This document shows positions 1 to 9,755 of a stretch of DNA of 61,630 nucleotides, one piece after another. Positions within the stretch are counted from its first letter, which is position 1; each line of letters starts with the position of its first letter. Under the pieces are notes generated by a model. The model worked only from the letters and a program-made list of their open reading frames with translations, did not search any database and was not told the DNA's origin. The stretch is from a virus (Duplodnaviria > Caudoviricetes), in the IMG/VR virus record IMGVR_UViG_3300042549_001103, positions 1 to 61,630 of that record; one strand, written 5' to 3'. A program made the translations under genes and the position numbers.

Positions 1-27
1 GCTGACCCTGTTGAGCTAATTGAAAAG
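1..27. repeat. Terminal direct repeat / circular assembly overlap, copy 1
   Basis: gctgaccctgttgagctaattgaaaag is identical to 61604-61630; the endolysin frame continues across the junction. Confidence 0.95.
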
Positions 28-144
28 TTTAGTCAGGCTAAGGAAGACTTTTATCGCGGCCTTGACGATTTTAAGGTATACGGTACGGGATGGTTAAACA
101 GGGTTGCGGCTGTTAAAATCAAAGCTACTACGATGCTGGGATAA
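1..144 (+). CDS. 3' part of endolysin (continues from 61211 across the origin)
   Basis: Frame 1 reads ADPVELIEKFSQAKEDFYRGLDDFKVYGTGWLNRVAAVKIKATTMLG*, with the GWxNR ending typical of GH108-type lysozymes. Confidence 0.9.
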   Translation, partial: ADPVELIEKFSQAKEDFYRGLDDFKVYGTGWLNRVAAVKIKATTMLG

Positions 145-147
145 ACC

Positions 148-2568
148 ATGCCATTACAGAAGATCACTCTCACACCGGGGCTTTACAGGGAAGGTACTGC
201 CTATTCTGCTGAAGGCAGATGGTACGACGGCGATAAGATTCGTTTTCGTTCTGGTCAGCCTGAAAAGATCGGTGGGTGGGTGCGTCTGTCTAGTAACCAG
301 TACTTAGGTGTTACACGAGCATTGTGGAACTGGGCGACCTTGGCTGGGCGCAACCTGCTTGGTCTTGGCACGAACCTAAAGTATTACATTGAAGAGGGTG
401 GTAATTATAACGACATCACCCCAATCCGCAAGACTGTAAATCCAATGCTTGGCCCTGTGCCACCCAGTACTGGAAATCCTTTTGCTAGTGCGTATAGTAC
501 GCTGGCGGCAGCTGTAAACAGCACAGTAACAAGCTTAACTTTAACCGCCGCCGCTTCTTTTCCAAACTCTGGCGGTTTAATAAAAATTGATTCAGAAGAG
601 ATCCTGTATACCGGTGTATCAGGCAATGTATTAACTGGCGTTGAACGTGGGTATAACGGGACAACCGCCGCTTCTCATTTAATTAGCGCCCCAGTTGGCT
701 GCGCTACAGTCACTGTTACGGATCTTGGTAATGGTGTCGTGCAAGACGATTTTGTAACTTTTAGCGGCGCAACCGGTTTTGGTGGGTTTACTGCCGCGCA
801 GATCAATACTGAGAAACAAGTTTTTCGTGTTGTTGATTTATCAAAATACACGGTTAATATTTCTGGCGGGTTTTCTACCAGCGCGGCTTCGGGCGGTGGC
901 ACAGTTGCTATTGCTGCATACCAAGTAACCACGGGGCTGGATGTCTACGTTGTTGGTGTAGGTTGGGGTGCTGGTATTTGGCCTACTCCATTGGTTTATA
1001 CGCTAACAAATCCATTCACTACATCTTCTGGCAGCGGTACGGTTGTGGTAACACATAATTCTCATGGATTAACTAATGGTCAAGCTGTTCGTTTTTCTGG
1101 CGCTGCTGCTGTTGGTGGCTTGTCAAGTGCGCTTTTAAATCGCGGGTTCTCGATTACGTATATCAATGCCAACTCATACTCTATCGCAATGGGTAATGAC
1201 GGTTATGGCACACCAATTACCGCGTCTTCTCCTGCTTCTGGCGGCGGAACAGTAACTGCTTACTACCAAAATGGGTCTCGTGGTTGGGGTAGCGGTGCTT
1301 CTACGACAGTCGGTGTAGGGTTGCAACTTCTTTTATGGACTGCGGATAACTTTGGCGAGGATCTTGTCTTTGCTCAACGTGGTGGCGCAATCTTTTACTG
1401 GGACGCAACACTTGGCACGGCTACGCGCGGGCAGTATTTAAGTGTATTGTCTACCGCAGCTGGGCTTGCCGGACAGTTTGTACCGACTGCTACAAACCAA
1501 ATATTGTCTTCGCCTATTCAAAGATTTGTAATTGCAATCGGCGCTAATCCATACGACCCGACAGATCCGAATACAGACTTTGACCCGATGCTTGTACGTT
1601 GGTCTGACCAAGAAGATCCTTTTCAGTGGGTACCTGCGATTACCAATCAGTCTGGTGAATTTAGGCTGTCACATGGGTCTTATACCGTTACTTCTATTAA
1701 CGCCCGCCAAGAAATTCTAGTCTGGACTGACGCAGCGCTGTACTCCATGCAGTATCTAGGGCCACCTTATGTCTGGGGGTTTACATCTCTGTCCGACGAC
1801 ATTTCTATTATGTCTCCCAACTCTGTTACGACTGCTAACAACGTTGTGTACTGGATGGGTAGAGATAAGTTTTACAGCTACAACGGACGTGTTGATACGT
1901 TGCCATGTGCTGTACGGCAGTATGTCTTTGAGGATTTAAACAAGGATCAAGCGTACCAAGTGTTTGCTGGTTCAAACGAGGGCTACAACGAGGTGTGGTG
2001 GTTCTACTGCGGTCAGAACTCAAACACAGTTAACAAGTACGTTGTGTATAACTACTTAGATCAGGTCTGGTACTACGGCACATTGGCTCGCACAGCTTGG
2101 CTAGATTCTCCACTTAGGGAGTATCCTATTGCGGCAGATTACAATAACCGCACCCTGTATCATGAAGTAGATAACGATGACGTGTCTGGGTTGACTCCAG
2201 TACCTATTAATGCGTACGTACAGTCGGCTGACTTTGATATTGGGGATGGGCAAACATTTGGATTTGTGTGGCGTATCTTGCCGGATATTAACTTTAACGG
2301 CTCTACCGTGCTAGCACCGTCTGTCACGATGCAAGTTAAACCTCGCAGGAACTCAGGCGCACCTTACGGTACAGCGGACAATCCAACTGTAACTAGCGAC
2401 AATAACTATACTGTACAGCGCGTTTACACAGTCCAAGAGTTTGATGGGCAGGTTTACACAAGGCTGCGTGGTCGCCAGATGGCGCTGCGAGTAGAGTCTA
2501 CTGGGCTGGGTGTGTCGTGGCAGCTAGGTAATGTGCGTATTGATGTGCGCCCTGATGGCAGGAGGTGA
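148..2568 (+). CDS. Virion tail nozzle / DNA stabilization-type protein
   Basis: 806 aa; beta-rich with repeated W/Y-G motifs (VRWSDQED, EVWWFY); lies just before the ejection genes; has Thr/Gly-rich inserted domains. Confidence 0.6.
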   Translation: MPLQKITLTPGLYREGTAYSAEGRWYDGDKIRFRSGQPEKIGGWVRLSSNQYLGVTRALWNWATLAGRNLLGLGTNLKYYIEEGGNYNDITPIRKTVNPMLGPVPPSTGNPFASAYSTLAAAVNSTVTSLTLTAAASFPNSGGLIKIDSEEILYTGVSGNVLTGVERGYNGTTAASHLISAPVGCATVTVTDLGNGVVQDDFVTFSGATGFGGFTAAQINTEKQVFRVVDLSKYTVNISGGFSTSAASGGGTVAIAAYQVTTGLDVYVVGVGWGAGIWPTPLVYTLTNPFTTSSGSGTVVVTHNSHGLTNGQAVRFSGAAAVGGLSSALLNRGFSITYINANSYSIAMGNDGYGTPITASSPASGGGTVTAYYQNGSRGWGSGASTTVGVGLQLLLWTADNFGEDLVFAQRGGAIFYWDATLGTATRGQYLSVLSTAAGLAGQFVPTATNQILSSPIQRFVIAIGANPYDPTDPNTDFDPMLVRWSDQEDPFQWVPAITNQSGEFRLSHGSYTVTSINARQEILVWTDAALYSMQYLGPPYVWGFTSLSDDISIMSPNSVTTANNVVYWMGRDKFYSYNGRVDTLPCAVRQYVFEDLNKDQAYQVFAGSNEGYNEVWWFYCGQNSNTVNKYVVYNYLDQVWYYGTLARTAWLDSPLREYPIAADYNNRTLYHEVDNDDVSGLTPVPINAYVQSADFDIGDGQTFGFVWRILPDINFNGSTVLAPSVTMQVKPRRNSGAPYGTADNPTVTSDNNYTVQRVYTVQEFDGQVYTRLRGRQMALRVESTGLGVSWQLGNVRIDVRPDGRR

Positions 2569-2588
2569 CTTCCCATCCGTTTAAATGT

Positions 2589-2597
2589 TGATATAAT
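2589..2597 (+). promoter_or_regulatory. Extended -10 promoter (TGnTATAAT) upstream of the HNH-AP2 gene
   Basis: tgatataat followed by RBS aaggag (2610-2615) and ATG at 2622. Confidence 0.5.
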
Positions 2598-2621
2598 AAG
2601 GCTTCTTAAAAGGAGTTTATT

Positions 2622-3248
2622 ATGCCAAGATTTATAGATAGAGCAGGGAAGAGGTTTGAAAGACTGACCGTAATAGAAAGAGCTGGAACGAGTAAAAGCA
2701 AGAAGGTACTATGGCGTTGTATGTGCGATTGCGGAACAGAGACGGTTGTTGATACCTGTAGTCTGGTTACAAAAAATACAACGTCATGTGGCTGCTTACT
2801 GAAAGAAAAAATTACCAAGCATGGCGGTTGGAATAAAGGTTCTTACAATACATGGCGAGCAATGATTAGAAGATGTAACAACCCAGAAGACAAAGACTAC
2901 CCAAAATATGGTGGTAGGGGTGTGTCCGTGTGCCAACAATGGCTTGACTACACTATTTTTGCAAAAGATATGGGCGAGCCGCAAGGCGACGAGACGCTCG
3001 ATAGAATTGACACTTACGGAAACTATACGCCAGAAAATTGTAGGTGGGCTGGAGTAAAAACACAAAATAGGAACACAAGATTGCGTGTTAATAGCACGAC
3101 AGGTTTCACGGGGGTTTCTGTTGTTGGGAAAAAATTTCTAGCAAAAGTTACTGTTGGTAAGAAGGCATACTATTCAAAACTATGTAGCACTGTGGAAGAA
3201 GCCGCCGCTGCCCGCAAAGAACTTGAACTACTGCATTGGACAACGTAA
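2622..3248 (+). CDS. Free-standing HNH homing endonuclease with C-terminal AP2-like domain
   Basis: WxCxCDCG and TxSCGC motifs, YGGRG, TLDRIDTYGNYTPENCRW, then NSTTGFTGVS...EEAAAARK; AT-richer than its flanks. Confidence 0.85.
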   Translation: MPRFIDRAGKRFERLTVIERAGTSKSKKVLWRCMCDCGTETVVDTCSLVTKNTTSCGCLLKEKITKHGGWNKGSYNTWRAMIRRCNNPEDKDYPKYGGRGVSVCQQWLDYTIFAKDMGEPQGDETLDRIDTYGNYTPENCRWAGVKTQNRNTRLRVNSTTGFTGVSVVGKKFLAKVTVGKKAYYSKLCSTVEEAAAARKELELLHWTT

Positions 3249-3914
3249 ATGACAACCCTACGCACAACCAAAGCCCCGAACCTACCTATTGCGCCGGTTG
3301 TTTATGATTCTCGCCAGCAAGACTTGTTTAGCAACGCGCTGCGTCTGTACTTCACTCAAAATGACAACGACTGGCAAGCTATTCTTGGTACGGATGGTCT
3401 TAAGTACATCCAAGCCCCTCACATAGCTGCATCAGATTCAGTCACTCAATACGCCTCGGGCAACAACATTCCCACTTTGGTAGGCTTTAATACTGTGGAA
3501 TCCATCAGTGGGTTTACGCTAGACATAACAGGGTACGCTACCGCCGCAAATGAAGGTGTGTATAAAATAGACTACAGCTTACAGCTCGCTAATACAGACA
3601 ACGCACAACATGATGTATTTGTTTGGTTGCAAACTAACGGCACGGTAGTACCCGGATCTTCAAGCCGCTTTACAGTTCCAGCGCGTAAGAGCGCAGGTGT
3701 TTTTGGCTATGTTGTTGCGTACTCTTCTGTTGAGTTTGAGATTGCTAAAGACGATGAAATCCGCTTGTGGTGGGCGACCGAACAAGCCGCTACTTCTGGT
3801 GGCACACTAGGTGTATACATGCCCGCCCTAGCCGCTCAAACAGTGCCATATGTTAGACCTTCAAATCCTTCCGCAGTTGGTAGCATAAACTTTGTATCTA
3901 GGCTACCCGCATGA
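3249..3914 (+). CDS. Putative virion structural protein (C-terminal jelly-roll/C1q-like)
   Basis: 221 aa in the late operon; beta-strand pattern GVYKIDYSLQL...VFVWLQTNG. Confidence 0.5.
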   Translation: MTTLRTTKAPNLPIAPVVYDSRQQDLFSNALRLYFTQNDNDWQAILGTDGLKYIQAPHIAASDSVTQYASGNNIPTLVGFNTVESISGFTLDITGYATAANEGVYKIDYSLQLANTDNAQHDVFVWLQTNGTVVPGSSSRFTVPARKSAGVFGYVVAYSSVEFEIAKDDEIRLWWATEQAATSGGTLGVYMPALAAQTVPYVRPSNPSAVGSINFVSRLPA

Positions 3915-3948
3915 TAATATTAACTAAATTGACCCACTGGGTGACACT

Positions 3949-6486
3949 ATGAGTTTAAATAAAGTTGCCAGCCATTTAGCTGCGCAAGGCCGTGGGCCTG
4001 ATACAACACTGGTACACATGTCACCCCGTGAGGTTGGTGCACTTCAAGGCATTGCTCGCCAGCATGGTGGCAGCTTAACAATTAATCCACAAACTGGGTT
4101 GGCTGAAGCTGGATTCCTTGATGCCATACTCCCTATGATTGCAGGTGCTGGGCTCAGTTTAATCCCCGGTGTCGGCCCACTCATGGCTGCGGGTATTGTC
4201 GGCGCGGGTACAGGACTGCTTACTAAGGATTTAAACAAGGGTCTGATGGCAGGTCTCGGCGCGTTCGGTGGCGCAAGCCTTGCTGGGGGCTTAATGAGTG
4301 CTGGTACTGCTGCTGGAAGTACCGCCGCTGCAGGTGAAGCTGCTACCGCCGTTGGGTCGTTGTATACCCCCGCTGAAATGGCTTCTATGCAGGCTGCTGG
4401 TATGACCCCCGCTCAAATTACTGCGTCTGCGGCTGACTTTGTAGGAGGCCCTTCTGGTATTGGCACTGCAAACATGCCGTTCTCACAAGCAACACAAAGT
4501 GCATTAAACAATCCGGCTACTGCGGGAATGAGCGAAATAGCTAAAGCCCCCGGCGAGTTCTTAAAAAAGAACATGTTCCCAATTGGTGCGGCAGCAGCTC
4601 CGTTGTTACTGGGTGGAGGTAACTTGCTTGGTGGCGGGAAGAAGGAAGAAGAGAAGTCCGACAGCTATATCCGTCCTCAGACATACTCACAGATACGCAA
4701 CCCGAATTACACTGGTGCGGGCACTCCGTACTTTACACAATCGTATACACCACAGACTCCAATCGTAGCTTCTGAGTATGGGGATCGGTCGTTCGCCGGA
4801 GGCGGTATTGTTGCTTTAGCTAAGGGTGGGTCTAGATCGTTTGCTGAAGAACAAGCTAGTCCCGGTGCTCTGGGCCAGCGTGATGACAACGACGCACCTA
4901 CAGTTCGAGAATTATTAGAAGTTCTTGGTGGTGATAAACGCGAAAAATACGAACGTTTAGCCAGTGGAGAAAAATTTAATCCTAAAGACTATTCCGATAA
5001 AGAAATACAAGCTGCAAAACTGTTGTTTGCTGCGAACAAAACCAAAGATCCTGAACGGTACCTGAGTTCACTTAGCCCATTTTATGATGCTCAACTTAAC
5101 TTTGCGTTGAAAAACACTAACTTGAGTGGGTTTGTTAACCTTCTAGAGCCGAACACCGCGGTTATTCGCAGCTTGACCGACTCGGCTGATACTGTTGCGC
5201 ATGAATTAACCCACACCCTACAATTGCATAACGAAGCTAAGGGTAACAAAATTGGTACAGAAATTTACCCTTATGTTCGTAAGTTAGATAGCGACCAACG
5301 GGATGAAGCATTTGGTAAAGCGCTTAACCGTTTTGATAGTCCAAGAGAAGTGTATGCAAATTTAAATACAGGAGCGTTGCTGGCAAGTACTGAAGGTGGA
5401 GATTTTGTAAATTCTTCGGCGGGCCGTGCATTGTTACCCGATAGAAAATCGCAAGGTGAATACTACGCAAACACAATGCCGGGGGTACAAAGCATTTATG
5501 GGTACCGAGAGGACTCAGAAATTCCCCAAGACAAGTTTAAACGTGACTCGCGGGATTCCTACGCGACGCAAGCTATGAAATACGCTAAACATAAAACACA
5601 AAAGAACGCTGCTGGTGGCGCAGTACATGCTTATGCAGAAGGTGGTACGGTTGACCCTCTTGGTATTGCTGCACTAGGCCCGCAATCGAGTGGAGAAAGT
5701 TTTGCACCTGTAATGACGTACGACCCTGTAACAAAACAATACGTGAACGCCGTACCCACTGCGGCTCCAATGCCAAACAACATGGTGTACGACCCTGTCA
5801 CTCAACGCTATGTAACTCCAACCCCCGACGCCACTGCGGGCTTATCTGCTATTGGTAATAACCAAGCCAACTATATGTACGACGGTGGTGGTGGTGATGT
5901 TAGTGGAAACTCTAATAGTATGGGAGATCAAGGAGACCCGGCGGGCGATGATGGCAGTGAAGGTGCTGATGGCGGTGATGATGGTAGTGATGGTAGTGAT
6001 GGCGGAAATCTAGCAGAAGGTGGTATTACTAATTCCAAGATGGCTGCGGTACAGAAGTATATGTCCCAAGCCCAAAGCAGCACACAAGGTATGCAGCAAG
6101 TACTGGCGCTTGCTAAAGCTGGGGATTACAACGCCTCGGTTGCTTTGAACCAATTAAATGCTAGTCCGAATCAGAACTACGCTATGGGTGGGGGTATTTC
6201 TTCGCTGGGTGGCTATTCTGATGGTGGGCGCATGCTAAAAGGCCCCGGAGATGGTGTGAGTGATAGTATCCCCGGAATAATCGGTGCTAAACAACCTGCT
6301 CGATTAGCTGATGGCGAGTTCGTAATTCCTGCCCGTATTGTTTCTGAGGTAGGTAACGGCTCGTCAGAAGCAGGCGCTAAGCGTTTCTACGCCATGATGG
6401 AGCGTATACAAGATGGGCGTAAAAAATCTATCGGTAAAGATAAAGTTGCGGTGGACTCTAAAGCATACAAACACCTGCCAGCATGA
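3949..6486 (+). CDS. Internal virion / ejection protein with repeated AxGG motifs and an inserted HExxH domain
   Basis: 845 aa; Gly/Ala-rich hydrophobic N-region; VAHELTH at ~5200; C-terminal GPGDGVSDSIP...LADGEFVIPA domain. Confidence 0.65.
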   Translation: MSLNKVASHLAAQGRGPDTTLVHMSPREVGALQGIARQHGGSLTINPQTGLAEAGFLDAILPMIAGAGLSLIPGVGPLMAAGIVGAGTGLLTKDLNKGLMAGLGAFGGASLAGGLMSAGTAAGSTAAAGEAATAVGSLYTPAEMASMQAAGMTPAQITASAADFVGGPSGIGTANMPFSQATQSALNNPATAGMSEIAKAPGEFLKKNMFPIGAAAAPLLLGGGNLLGGGKKEEEKSDSYIRPQTYSQIRNPNYTGAGTPYFTQSYTPQTPIVASEYGDRSFAGGGIVALAKGGSRSFAEEQASPGALGQRDDNDAPTVRELLEVLGGDKREKYERLASGEKFNPKDYSDKEIQAAKLLFAANKTKDPERYLSSLSPFYDAQLNFALKNTNLSGFVNLLEPNTAVIRSLTDSADTVAHELTHTLQLHNEAKGNKIGTEIYPYVRKLDSDQRDEAFGKALNRFDSPREVYANLNTGALLASTEGGDFVNSSAGRALLPDRKSQGEYYANTMPGVQSIYGYREDSEIPQDKFKRDSRDSYATQAMKYAKHKTQKNAAGGAVHAYAEGGTVDPLGIAALGPQSSGESFAPVMTYDPVTKQYVNAVPTAAPMPNNMVYDPVTQRYVTPTPDATAGLSAIGNNQANYMYDGGGGDVSGNSNSMGDQGDPAGDDGSEGADGGDDGSDGSDGGNLAEGGITNSKMAAVQKYMSQAQSSTQGMQQVLALAKAGDYNASVALNQLNASPNQNYAMGGGISSLGGYSDGGRMLKGPGDGVSDSIPGIIGAKQPARLADGEFVIPARIVSEVGNGSSEAGAKRFYAMMERIQDGRKKSIGKDKVAVDSKAYKHLPA

Positions 6487-6896
6487 AGATACAACACGTA
6501 GCGTTTAATTACGTAAATCAAGTATGGCCTGAGATTTCCGAGTACCTGAAGGCAGCAGTTGAAAAACAGCAGGGAGTGCCAGACTACACGCTGGAACAAG
6601 TTAAAGTTTATGTAACTACTGGGCAGTGGCTACTATTGGTTGCAGTTGACGATGAAAGTATAATACGTGGTGCGGCAACAGTAGACCTGTTTAACCGCCC
6701 ATCCCATCGGGTAGCGTTTGTTACGTGTGCTGGCGGACGGCTGATGTCAAACTTAGACTCTGCTGCGAATTTAAAATTAGTATTAAAAGGTTTTGGTGCT
6801 ACATCAATTGAATGCGCAGCTAATGGCAGCACAGAGCGGTTGTGGCAACGTCTAGGGTTTACCGAGAAATATAAGATACTTGAGGTAACAATATGA
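6483..6896 (+). CDS. Putative GNAT-fold acetyltransferase-like protein
   Basis: 137 aa; RLWQRLGF motif; sits between ejection genes, the position of T7 gp13-like genes; ATGA overlaps at both ends. Confidence 0.5.
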   Translation: MKIQHVAFNYVNQVWPEISEYLKAAVEKQQGVPDYTLEQVKVYVTTGQWLLLVAVDDESIIRGAATVDLFNRPSHRVAFVTCAGGRLMSNLDSAANLKLVLKGFGATSIECAANGSTERLWQRLGFTEKYKILEVTI

Positions 6897-9736
6897 ATTT
6901 AATCTCCACCATCAAAAGCCTATTTAATTACCTCACGTTATACATGGGGGGTGGGGGGTCTTCTGCACCAACTCAACAAAACGTTACCCAAACGTCCATC
7001 CCCGATTATGCGCGTCCATATGTTGAAACCGCGCTAGGTAAAACCGCTGCGCTGACAGACATCAATCAGAACCCTTATCAGCCGTACCAAGGGCAGCAAG
7101 TTGCAGACCTAAGCGCTTTACAGCAACAAGCTATGGGGTCTATCGGTGGGCAGCAAGTGGCTTCACAGCTGGGTGATGCAACCAACTTAGCTTATAACGT
7201 TGGACAGCAGGGCTTTAACGCAGGTAACGCTTACCGTCAGCAAGCCACCTCAGCGGATGCAATGAGTCAGTACATGTCGCCCTACATGCAGAATGTGGTA
7301 GATGTGCAGTCTCAAGAAGCCCGCCGTCAGGCAGACATTACCCGTCAAGGTACACAAGCACAAGCCGCTAGATCTGGCGCTTTCGGTGGGTCGCGTTCAG
7401 CTATTGTTCAAGCAGAGGGAGATCGTAATTTAGCCACACAACTCGGGCAGATCCAAGCTCAGGGTTCACAGAATGCGTTTCAACAGGCACAACAGGCACA
7501 ACAGTTTGGCGCAAACCTCGGGCTTCAGGGTCTAAATGCAGCGGGTTCCGCAGCCTCTACGTTGGGCGCTCTCGGTCAAACCCAGTTTGGTCAGCAGATG
7601 GGTATCAACCAAGCTCAAATGCAAGCTGGTGCACTGCAACAAGCTCAGCAACAACGTGGTTTGGACGTTGCATTCCAGCAGTATCAGGATCAGCTTAACT
7701 ACCCATACAAGCAGCTGGCGTTTCAATCGGATATGTTCCGTGGTTTGCCTCTGTCGCAAAGTGCTACAACTATGTACCAGAACACGGGCGCTATGGCTCC
7801 TCAGCTTTTGGGTGCAGGTATCGCAGCTTATGGTGCAACGCAGCGAGCCAAAGAAGGCGGCTTAATGAAAGGCTACGCCGAAGGCGGTATAACTACTGTT
7901 GACCCATCAGTGCCCTCGTCCATTGGCCCACAAGCCTTGTCTAACCGCTTAGCAAAACTCTCTGATGAGCAGTTAATGGCTTACGCCCGCACCGTTAAGG
8001 ATGCCGTGGCGCTCGCAGAAGTTAAAGGCGAGATTCAGCGCCGTCAAGAAGCCCGTGAACCGCAGGGCCAGATGCCAACAGGTACAGTAGCTCAAGGCAT
8101 CGCACCTAGCGAAGAGCAAGGACAGATGCAACCCCCAATGATGGCAGGTGGCGGTATTGTTGCTTTGGCTGGTGGTACAACGCCAGAAATCATAGAAGAC
8201 TTGGGGAAAGCAAACAAAGCACTAGGTAATACTCCTGAAGATAAAGAAAGACGCGACGCACTAGCCCAACTTAATAGGTCTGGTTCGTTATTTGGGTATG
8301 TGACACAACCCGGGGCGCAGCGCGCTGCTAATAGAGCTACTTTAGCTGAGTTACAAAATGCTCCAATAGAAGACATTAGAGCATACCGAGATACCGGAGC
8401 TATCCCACGTTCAGAAGACCCTTTTGGTACCCCTGCACAAATGGCTGCTTTAGAAGCATCAAACGCCCAAGAAGCCGAACGTCGCCAAGCTAACGCTCAA
8501 GCCCGTGCGCAAGGTTCTATGGCAGACAGCACAGATCCACTCGGGGACTCTTCCGCAGTACCACTCCCACCACCCCCAACAGAATTTCCAGAAGAAGGTG
8601 CGTCCCCCGTTACTGGCACTACTCCTTCTAGCGCACCTCCCGGCACCGTTCCCGGTGGTATTGTTCCTAGCCGTGCTCCTGCCGGGCAAGCTCCTGTCGC
8701 CGCCGCTCCTGCTGGTCAAGCTCCTGCGGGTCAAGCTCCTGCTGCGTCTACTGGTATCGTTTCTTCTTCTAAAGCTCCTACGGCAATGGCTACTGGTGCG
8801 ATCCCGATTGCTAATCCCGGTGATCCGATGGGTTGGGGTGCGTACAAGGCAAGCGTTGAAGACGCAGCTAAGCTTGATCCTGAGCAGAAAGCTGTTCTTG
8901 AAGACATGCGTAAACGTTCTGAACGCAAGATGGGTCGTGCCGAGAAGCAAGAAAAGAACGTGTTTAGTGAGTCATTAATTGCTGGTGGTTTGGCGATGAT
9001 GGGTGGTCTGAACTTGTCTGACGGTGTACGTCGCCTTGCCGAAGGTGGTGGTAAAAAGTACTTCGAGTCTTCTGCTGCAGCTAATAAAGCTATTGAAGCC
9101 GCTGATGATGCACAAAGCGCATTCGATCAGTACCAGTTGTCACTCAAGCAAGGCAACAAGAAAGTCGCTGCCGATATGTACGGCAAGTTCCATAACTCTA
9201 TGCTGGATTATCAGGGCAAGATTCAAGCGGCAAGTATCAGTGCAGCGGCAAGTGGTGCGGCTACAGCTGAAGCCGCTAAGTCCAGAACTGCAAATATGGA
9301 GATGCAAGAACGTCGTTACGATCTTGACCGTGATGCACTAATGCAGCGCCATGCAGAGAACGTGGCTGCACGGGAAAACGAGTTTAAAGTTCGTATGGAA
9401 CAAGAAGGCAATACCAAGATGTATCAGCAAATGCAATTACTAGATGGTAGGCAAAGAGATTTAATGGCGGAACGTCGCCTTACTGAAAAAACGGTTTATG
9501 ACCGTTATGCCACACAAATCGACCAGATAAGAATGGCGGAATCTACTGGTAAGCCGTTGTCAGAAGCTTTGCGCCGTCAGAAAGTGGCTCTCGAAGCACA
9601 AGTAAACGCTGACCTTATAGCCAAACTTGCACCCATTAATAAGCAATTAGAAGATGTGGTGCTTAGAAAAGGGGAAATGATGAATATTCCTGCCCCATCG
9701 TCTAGTGGTGGGTTTAGAATTGTCGGTGTACGATAA
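6893..9736 (+). CDS. DNA ejection / pilot protein
   Basis: 947 aa; MGGGGS...IPDYARPY N-terminus, Q-rich helices, GAFGGSR motif; RBS gaggt upstream. Confidence 0.65.
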   Translation: MNLISTIKSLFNYLTLYMGGGGSSAPTQQNVTQTSIPDYARPYVETALGKTAALTDINQNPYQPYQGQQVADLSALQQQAMGSIGGQQVASQLGDATNLAYNVGQQGFNAGNAYRQQATSADAMSQYMSPYMQNVVDVQSQEARRQADITRQGTQAQAARSGAFGGSRSAIVQAEGDRNLATQLGQIQAQGSQNAFQQAQQAQQFGANLGLQGLNAAGSAASTLGALGQTQFGQQMGINQAQMQAGALQQAQQQRGLDVAFQQYQDQLNYPYKQLAFQSDMFRGLPLSQSATTMYQNTGAMAPQLLGAGIAAYGATQRAKEGGLMKGYAEGGITTVDPSVPSSIGPQALSNRLAKLSDEQLMAYARTVKDAVALAEVKGEIQRRQEAREPQGQMPTGTVAQGIAPSEEQGQMQPPMMAGGGIVALAGGTTPEIIEDLGKANKALGNTPEDKERRDALAQLNRSGSLFGYVTQPGAQRAANRATLAELQNAPIEDIRAYRDTGAIPRSEDPFGTPAQMAALEASNAQEAERRQANAQARAQGSMADSTDPLGDSSAVPLPPPPTEFPEEGASPVTGTTPSSAPPGTVPGGIVPSRAPAGQAPVAAAPAGQAPAGQAPAASTGIVSSSKAPTAMATGAIPIANPGDPMGWGAYKASVEDAAKLDPEQKAVLEDMRKRSERKMGRAEKQEKNVFSESLIAGGLAMMGGLNLSDGVRRLAEGGGKKYFESSAAANKAIEAADDAQSAFDQYQLSLKQGNKKVAADMYGKFHNSMLDYQGKIQAASISAAASGAATAEAAKSRTANMEMQERRYDLDRDALMQRHAENVAARENEFKVRMEQEGNTKMYQQMQLLDGRQRDLMAERRLTEKTVYDRYATQIDQIRMAESTGKPLSEALRRQKVALEAQVNADLIAKLAPINKQLEDVVLRKGEMMNIPAPSSSGGFRIVGVR

Positions 9737-9755
9737 ATACAACTAGGAGTGTGGT

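Noticed and set aside
1-27. Biological terminal repeat
   Set aside because: It falls mid-gene and its length is consistent with an assembler overlap
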